From assembly GCA_944391685.1 (NCBI GenBank), contig CALXUM010000008.1:13273-77272 (forward strand): DNA of 64,000 bases, written 5' to 3'. Shown here one piece after another: positions 58,381 through 64,000 of this stretch (its first letter is position 1; each line of letters starts with the position of its first letter). A model generated the notes under the pieces. That model worked only from the letters and a program-made list of their open reading frames with translations. It was not told the origin of the DNA and made no database searches. The translations under genes and the position numbers were made by a program. The DNA comes from an uncultured Alphaproteobacteria bacterium. GTDB taxonomy: Bacteria > Pseudomonadota > Alphaproteobacteria > RF32 > CAG-239.

Positions 58381-58750
58381 TTTCCGCTCCTTTTACCAAT
58401 TATTATTGCTAATATATTAGCAAATAGCCCTTAAAAAAATGCTAACATATTAGCAATATTTTTCAGTTTTTTTTATATAACTATTTAATAATAAACAATA
58501 AAAATTACTCTGTTTTTTTCTCTCTTTATTCTGTTTTAAATTCTTCATACACTCTCCTTATCAAACGAAATAATCGTTTTGATGAATAAATAACAATGAA
58601 AGGAGAAATGAAAAAAAGAAAAGCTCTTTAAGCACTTTCCTAAAATAATCAGGAAAACTCTTAATATCAAATAATCTAAAAAACAACATTCCCAATTTTC
58701 AGCCGGTAAGACCATGTTTTTCCGGATAGGGAGAACTTTAACTTTAATTT

Positions 58751-60547
58751 ATGAAAGGAAATAAAATGAATAATACCGTATCAACTTTAACACAAACTCA
58801 AAATTTAGCTGATATTGACCAAAATCCAGCAATTGAGACACCTAATATTATCGACGTCGAATATACTATTACGAGTGAAGATATTCCGCATGAGTTATCT
58901 GAATCTAAAGAACTTGTTGCCGTTAATGACAATAACTTCCCTACTCTTCCTACAGATCCGACAGCATTGCCCAAATATATTACTTTAGCAAAAAAATATA
59001 TTGAAGCTGAAACAAAGTTGTTAAATGGGTTAAAATTAACACCCAATAGATACCATCTTGCTTTAAGAACAACACAAGAGCATGCTTCTTTACTATTGTT
59101 AGCTGAACTAAGATTAAGCGAAATGTTAAAAGGAATTAAAACTTGCCGTGGCATGAGAACGGATATCAATAAGAAAAAAATGCTTTCTAAATTTAACCAC
59201 TTGGTAAAATCAAAGAAAGAAATCATAAAACAGGATTTCAAGTTATCGCCTAGACAAGCCAGAGATATTGAAAAACTAACGCCAGAATGCATCAAAAAAG
59301 CCTTAGAAGTAGCCAAAGAAAACAATACTATTCCAACCAGATCTCTTGCTTTATCCCAATTGCCCAAAAGGGAAAAAGATGAAACCGGCAATGTAGTATT
59401 TACTCCAATTGAAGAAACTGAAGATAAAGTATTTTCATCAGAAGAACCGCTTTATTATACTTCTTTGTTTGCTAATGTCGGAATTGGAACTTACTACCTT
59501 CACAATCAAAATATCCATTGTGCCGTAGCCAATGAATTACCAAAAGAAAGAGCCGAATGGCACGATTATATTTATCCAAATGCTGAAATGGTTCAAGGAG
59601 ACATAACTGATCCAAAGGTATATAACAAACTTGTAGAATTGCATAAACAACATGGTTGTAAACTTGTTTTGGCTTCTCCTCCGTGCCAATCATTCAGCAA
59701 AGCCAACACCTCCAAAGGAAAGGTTTCTGATATTCGCACACCTTTATTCAGAACAAACTTAGACTTTATTCTCGATACAGACACTGATTATGCATTGATT
59801 GAAAATGTTCCTGATTTTTTAAATGCTAAACCTAAACAATTAAAAGAACTGTTAGGAGACTTAACAATTGGGGAATATATCAAACAAGAATTAGAAAATA
59901 TGGGATATATCGTTAACATTGGAGTTTATAGTGCTGCTGATTATGGAACAGCTCAAGATAGAAAACGTGCCATTATCCTTGCTGCTAAAAAAGAGTTAGG
60001 TTTATGGAAATTCCCTAAAAAAGATAAATTCAGAAAGATTTTATTTGAAGCAATCGGAGATTTACCATCTTTGGAACCAGGACAACAAGACCCTGAAAGA
60101 CCAATGCACTATGCTTTAGATTTACCGGCTTGTCAAATTGAGTTCCTCAAACATACCCCTACGGCATCTTCTGCTTGGCAAAATAAAAAGGAATACCAAC
60201 CGGTTAATATTGATGGAAGTGAAAGCTGTGCAAACTTTAAAGCCAGTTTTTCTAGAAAAGATTGGAACAAACCATCTAATACAATTTTAACTGATAATGG
60301 TAGCATTGGAGGAATAATAAATATACATCCTGGTCGCCCATTATCTGATGGAACATATTCTGATTGCAGACCTTTATCTATTCTTGAGCTCTTTAGAGTA
60401 ACAGGACTTCCCGATGATTATCCTGTACCTGGAAAGTTTATTAAAAACGATAAATTAATCAGAGAGGTTATCGGAGAATGCTTTGCTCCACTTCATGTGG
60501 CAAGACTAATGACAACAATTCCTAATAAAAACAAAGTAAAAGCATAA
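58751..60547 (+). CDS. C5 cytosine DNA methyltransferase with N-terminal extension
   Basis: Motif I LFANVGIG. Motif IV ASPPCQSFS. Motif VI IENVPDF. Motif VIII AQDRKR. The likely true start is the ATG at 58766, after aaagga. Confidence 0.85.
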   Translation: MKGNKMNNTVSTLTQTQNLADIDQNPAIETPNIIDVEYTITSEDIPHELSESKELVAVNDNNFPTLPTDPTALPKYITLAKKYIEAETKLLNGLKLTPNRYHLALRTTQEHASLLLLAELRLSEMLKGIKTCRGMRTDINKKKMLSKFNHLVKSKKEIIKQDFKLSPRQARDIEKLTPECIKKALEVAKENNTIPTRSLALSQLPKREKDETGNVVFTPIEETEDKVFSSEEPLYYTSLFANVGIGTYYLHNQNIHCAVANELPKERAEWHDYIYPNAEMVQGDITDPKVYNKLVELHKQHGCKLVLASPPCQSFSKANTSKGKVSDIRTPLFRTNLDFILDTDTDYALIENVPDFLNAKPKQLKELLGDLTIGEYIKQELENMGYIVNIGVYSAADYGTAQDRKRAIILAAKKELGLWKFPKKDKFRKILFEAIGDLPSLEPGQQDPERPMHYALDLPACQIEFLKHTPTASSAWQNKKEYQPVNIDGSESCANFKASFSRKDWNKPSNTILTDNGSIGGIINIHPGRPLSDGTYSDCRPLSILELFRVTGLPDDYPVPGKFIKNDKLIREVIGECFAPLHVARLMTTIPNKNKVKA

Positions 60548-60560
60548 TTAAACTACCTGT

Positions 60561-60587
60561 AAGGGAGCTAGCAAGCTCCCTTTTTTA
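60561..60587. terminator. rho-independent terminator
   Basis: aagggagct-agca-agctccctt then tttt. Confidence 0.75.
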
Positions 60588-61220
60588 TTTGTATGAATTT
60601 CTTCTTCTCTCTTCTTCTATTATGTCTTCAGATAGTGGTGCTCCATAACTAATTAACAACCGATGTGTTTCTACATTTAACTTATATAAATAATTGTTCT
60701 TTTTTACCCAATCATAATATTTCTGTATTTCAATACCACAATTTACATAATCTGATAACTGAAAAAATTCCAATGGATAACCTTGATCATCAATTAACAA
60801 CTTTGATTTTTTTGAACTCGATGTTTCGGATTTTTGAGCATTCTTTTTGGCTTTTTTTGACATACTTTTTTTAATATTAGTCTTATAAGTATTTTTCCAA
60901 AGCTCATCTTTATTCTGATTAAAATATTTATCCATTTCAAAAATCAGCTCTGTTGTATCCATTATCATATGCCTTTCTGTTGATGTTGGCTTTTCAATAA
61001 GCAATTCTTTTGTTTCTATATTGTAAGACCATTGGGATTTCCCCATCCGTTCAATTGAAATTTCGATTGAACCTCCAAACATTAAAATATTACAAATATC
61101 GATTGTATTCATAACTGGATATGAAAAATTGTATCCAGGAATTTTATTGTCTATATCTATGTTTTTAACAGCTCGAGCATTAAATTCTGAGCTTTTTACA
61201 ATGTCAACCATGTATTTCAC
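60585..61220 (-). CDS. hypothetical protein
   Basis: 211 aa ORF. No family recognised. Confidence 0.4.
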   Translation of the reverse strand: MKYMVDIVKSSEFNARAVKNIDIDNKIPGYNFSYPVMNTIDICNILMFGGSIEISIERMGKSQWSYNIETKELLIEKPTSTERHMIMDTTELIFEMDKYFNQNKDELWKNTYKTNIKKSMSKKAKKNAQKSETSSSKKSKLLIDDQGYPLEFFQLSDYVNCGIEIQKYYDWVKKNNYLYKLNVETHRLLISYGAPLSEDIIEEERRRNSYK

Positions 61221-62005
61221 CTTTCTATAATTGGTTAAAACATGATATAGAATTGTAAAAATTATGGTTTCTACTAAAAAAATTTTCCAAACAGTATATT
61301 TTTTCCTTGTCAGTTTTCTGTTTATTTCCTGTTTGACACCTATATATAAAGATATTCAAATAATTAATAATAAAATTAATTATTTGATAATAAAGAAAGC
61401 TACTTAGAAATCTACAAAAGAAATATATTTAGAAAGTGACGTATCAAGCCATAAAGTATTCTTTCTGTAATTTAAAATTGTTTATAATACTTAATATTAT
61501 TTGAATAAAATGCATAATTTTAAAATTTAAACATAACAGATTATAACAACAAACATCTTTTTCTTAATCTTATAAAAAATATATCATCAAAAATATTAGG
61601 GGCGGACTTCTTTTCTTGTAAAATTATAATTAACTTCTGCTAAATTTTGCAAAAGTTGATTAATTGGTGTTCACAAAACCAAAGTATATATTTGTAAAAA
61701 ACACAAATAAACTATATGAGGGAAATAGTTAATAAAATGCATTCTATCTATAAATGATTCTATACTTCATTTAAAACGCTCACATAAACAAGCCTAAAAC
61801 AACCCCAGATTACAAAAAATATTAAACATAATTAAAATCTATACCAAATAAAAACATTGTGTCCACGGGGCAAAAAAATATTAAGAAAAACATATTGGCA
61901 TTGATGTCATAAAGTTATGTTATTAATATAATACAACACTGATTTTTATCTTGCTATCTTGTTATAATTGTATAATCTTATAAAAAACAAATATGGAGAT
62001 TATCA

Positions 62006-63937
62006 ATGACCAGTATTGCAAACATTTTAGGACTTATTGATTCGGGAAATTATGCTATACCTGTATTTCAACGTGGATATGTCTGGAATCGTGATCAAGT
62101 TAAGAAACTTATGAATTCACTATATAATGGTTATCCTATAGGTATCTTATTAGTATGGAATACAACAACTGATCCTACAATTGCTCGAGGAGAAGGAGAG
62201 CTAGTTCCTGGAAATGTCAATATGATTTTAGATGGTCAACAAAGAATTACGAGTTTATACGGAATTATAAGAGGTAAAGCCCCCAAGTTTTTTGAAGGAA
62301 ATTCTAACTCTTTTACTGGTCTATATTTTAATGTTGAAGAAGAGATTTTCGAATTTTATACTCCAGCAAAAATGAAAAATAATCCTTTATGGTTTAGTGT
62401 AACAGATGTTATGCAAAAAGATGCTTGGTCGTGTGTTTCTGAAAAAAAAGCAACGTCTGACATTGAAAATCCTGATGCTTATACTAATCTATGTATGCCC
62501 AAATTACAAAAATTAGCTAATATTAAAGATAGAGAACTCCATATCGAAATTGTTTCTGGTCCAGATAAAACGATTGATGTTGTTGTAGAAATATTCAATC
62601 AGGTTAACAGTGGAGGCACAAAATTAAGTAAAGGTGATTTGGCTCTTGCTAAAATATGCAGTGAATGGCCTGAAGCTAGAGAACAGATGAAAAATATTTT
62701 GCTTAGATATCAAAATTCTGGTTATGATTTTTCTATGGATTGGCTTTTGCGTTGTTTAACTGTATATATGACGGGACAACCTTATTTTAATGTACTAAGT
62801 AAAATCAGCATCCAAGAAGTTAAAGAGGCATTGCCCAATGTTGATAAAATGATAGGTACATGCCTTGATCATATTGGAACGAGATTAGGTCTTGACCACT
62901 CAAGAGTTCTCGGTGGTGTCTTTGCCATAGCAACCATGATTGGCTATTTGCGCTATAACAATTGGAAACTTTCTGACAGCAAAGAGTGGGACAAATTACT
63001 TTACTGGTATGTTCATTCATTTTTGCTTGGGCGCTATGCTGGTTCAACAGAAAGTGTATTAGCTAGAGATTTAAAATGCATTTCTGATGGGCTAGGTATC
63101 GAAGGATTGTTAAATTTATTAAAACTTTCACGAGGAAATTTAACAGTACGTCCAGAAGATTTCTGGGGCTGGAGTACCGGTGCTCGTTTTTACCCACTTT
63201 TATATTTGCTTACAAGAACAAACCATGCTCGCGACTGGAGCAGTAATCTTGAATTAAGTAATAATTTATTAGGTAAAAACTCAACACTAGATGTACATCA
63301 TATTTTTCCTAAAGATGTATTATACAAAGCCGGAAAATCAAAATCTATTGTAAATTCATTAGCTAATTATGCTTTTCTTACAAAAGATACAAATTTAGAA
63401 ATTTCTAATAAATTTCCTACGGATTACATTCCTGTATATAATACAAAATGTCCTGGAGCATTAGAATCTCACTGGATCCCAATGGATCCTGAGTTATGGA
63501 AAGTTGAAAATTATGAAGAGTTTCTCGCTCAGCGCAGAATTCTCTTAGCCGAAGCTGCAAATAACTTATTGGTCTCATTATATCAAGGAAAATTAGCTTC
63601 AAAAGATGTTCAATCTTTTTCTACGAAAGAATTCAAAAATGATACAGAAAATTCAAATGAAGAAGCAGAGATTGAAGAAATATCTCATTGGATGATAGAA
63701 CAAGGTTTATATGAAGGTTGTAGTAATTTTGAATTAATTAATCCAACGACAGGAGCTGTTGAAGCTATAATTGATTTAGCTTGGCCGGACGGAATCCAAT
63801 ATGGTTTAAGCGAACCAATTGCTTTACTATTAAATGAAACTGCTGAAACACAGGCTATTGTCAGCAAATATGGTTATAAATATTATACAAGTGGAGATGA
63901 ATTAAAAGAATTTATTAAATCCACTTATTTAAAATAG
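62006..63937 (+). CDS. GmrSD-like Type IV restriction enzyme (DUF262 + DUF1524) with extra C-terminal domain
   Basis: DUF262 IPVFQRGYVWNRDQVKKLMNSLYNGYPIG and DGQQR. DUF1524 LDVHHIFPK...NSLANYAFLTKDTNLEISNK. RBS tggaga. Confidence 0.8.
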   Translation: MTSIANILGLIDSGNYAIPVFQRGYVWNRDQVKKLMNSLYNGYPIGILLVWNTTTDPTIARGEGELVPGNVNMILDGQQRITSLYGIIRGKAPKFFEGNSNSFTGLYFNVEEEIFEFYTPAKMKNNPLWFSVTDVMQKDAWSCVSEKKATSDIENPDAYTNLCMPKLQKLANIKDRELHIEIVSGPDKTIDVVVEIFNQVNSGGTKLSKGDLALAKICSEWPEAREQMKNILLRYQNSGYDFSMDWLLRCLTVYMTGQPYFNVLSKISIQEVKEALPNVDKMIGTCLDHIGTRLGLDHSRVLGGVFAIATMIGYLRYNNWKLSDSKEWDKLLYWYVHSFLLGRYAGSTESVLARDLKCISDGLGIEGLLNLLKLSRGNLTVRPEDFWGWSTGARFYPLLYLLTRTNHARDWSSNLELSNNLLGKNSTLDVHHIFPKDVLYKAGKSKSIVNSLANYAFLTKDTNLEISNKFPTDYIPVYNTKCPGALESHWIPMDPELWKVENYEEFLAQRRILLAEAANNLLVSLYQGKLASKDVQSFSTKEFKNDTENSNEEAEIEEISHWMIEQGLYEGCSNFELINPTTGAVEAIIDLAWPDGIQYGLSEPIALLLNETAETQAIVSKYGYKYYTSGDELKEFIKSTYLK

Positions 63938-63946
63938 TAAAAAAAA

Positions 63947-63987
63947 TAAGCCCGATTTGATTAAACTCTCTTCGGGCTTGGTGTTTT
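63947..63987 (+). terminator. rho-independent terminator
   Basis: aagcccga-16 nt-tcgggctt then ggtgtttt. Confidence 0.6.
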
Positions 63988-64000
63988 AATATTCGTGAGA

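Larger units (their letters stand above)
32092..64000. mobile_element. accessory/defence genomic island downstream of tRNA-Gln (right boundary beyond window)
   Basis: An abrupt switch from housekeeping genes to R-M, recombinase, orphan methylase and unknown genes directly after a tRNA. By eye it is more AT-rich than the first 32 kb. Degenerate tRNA T-arm copies lie at 32105 and 32196. Confidence 0.55.

Noticed and set aside
58798-59391. 197-aa ORF antisense to the second C5 methylase
   Set aside because: It is nested in the opposite strand of a gene with clear family motifs. It has no RBS and an odd composition.
1-64000. CRISPR arrays, rRNA genes, IS transposases, tyrosine integrases next to the tRNAs
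   Set aside because: I scanned both strands and the ORF track. I found no regularly spaced short repeats, no rRNA-like sequence, no DDE, IS200 or tyrosine-recombinase ORFs.

Overview
The gene content and order (yceD-rpmF-plsX-fabH-ihfA-merR-tRNA-Pro, divergent mfd/recG, bamE, an OprB porin) point to a low-GC alphaproteobacterium, possibly an intracellular or Holosporales/Rickettsiales-like lineage. That assignment is an inference from synteny only. The window splits into two parts. Positions 1-32.1 kb are ordinary core genome: translation, lipid synthesis, DNA repair, envelope proteins, pepA, glyQS, sua5, a RimK-related three-gene module and a possible HNH-toxin/SUKH-immunity pair. From the tRNA-Gln(UUG) at 31973-32047 to the window end, the sequence is visibly more AT-rich and is an accessory or defence island. 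It holds two paralogous N-extended C5 cytosine methyltransferases, one with degenerate catalytic motifs. It also has a candidate HUH Rep/relaxase next to an inverted repeat, a DUF3768 gene, and an HNH + Type IIG R-M pair. A large serine recombinase is preceded by a catalytically dead resolvase-domain paralog and a very acidic protein. Finally there are a GmrSD-like Type IV enzyme and a tightly coupled nine-ORF Type I R-M operon. In that operon four ORFs are not R-M components: a two-TM protein, a PD-(D/E)xK nuclease-like protein and two proteins with no recognisable family. These passengers are my best candidate for an undescribed defence module. Two GC-rich, apparently structured intergenic patches and att-like tRNA 3' end duplications at both tRNAs are also flagged. 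I saw no CRISPR array, rRNA, IS transposase or tyrosine integrase.
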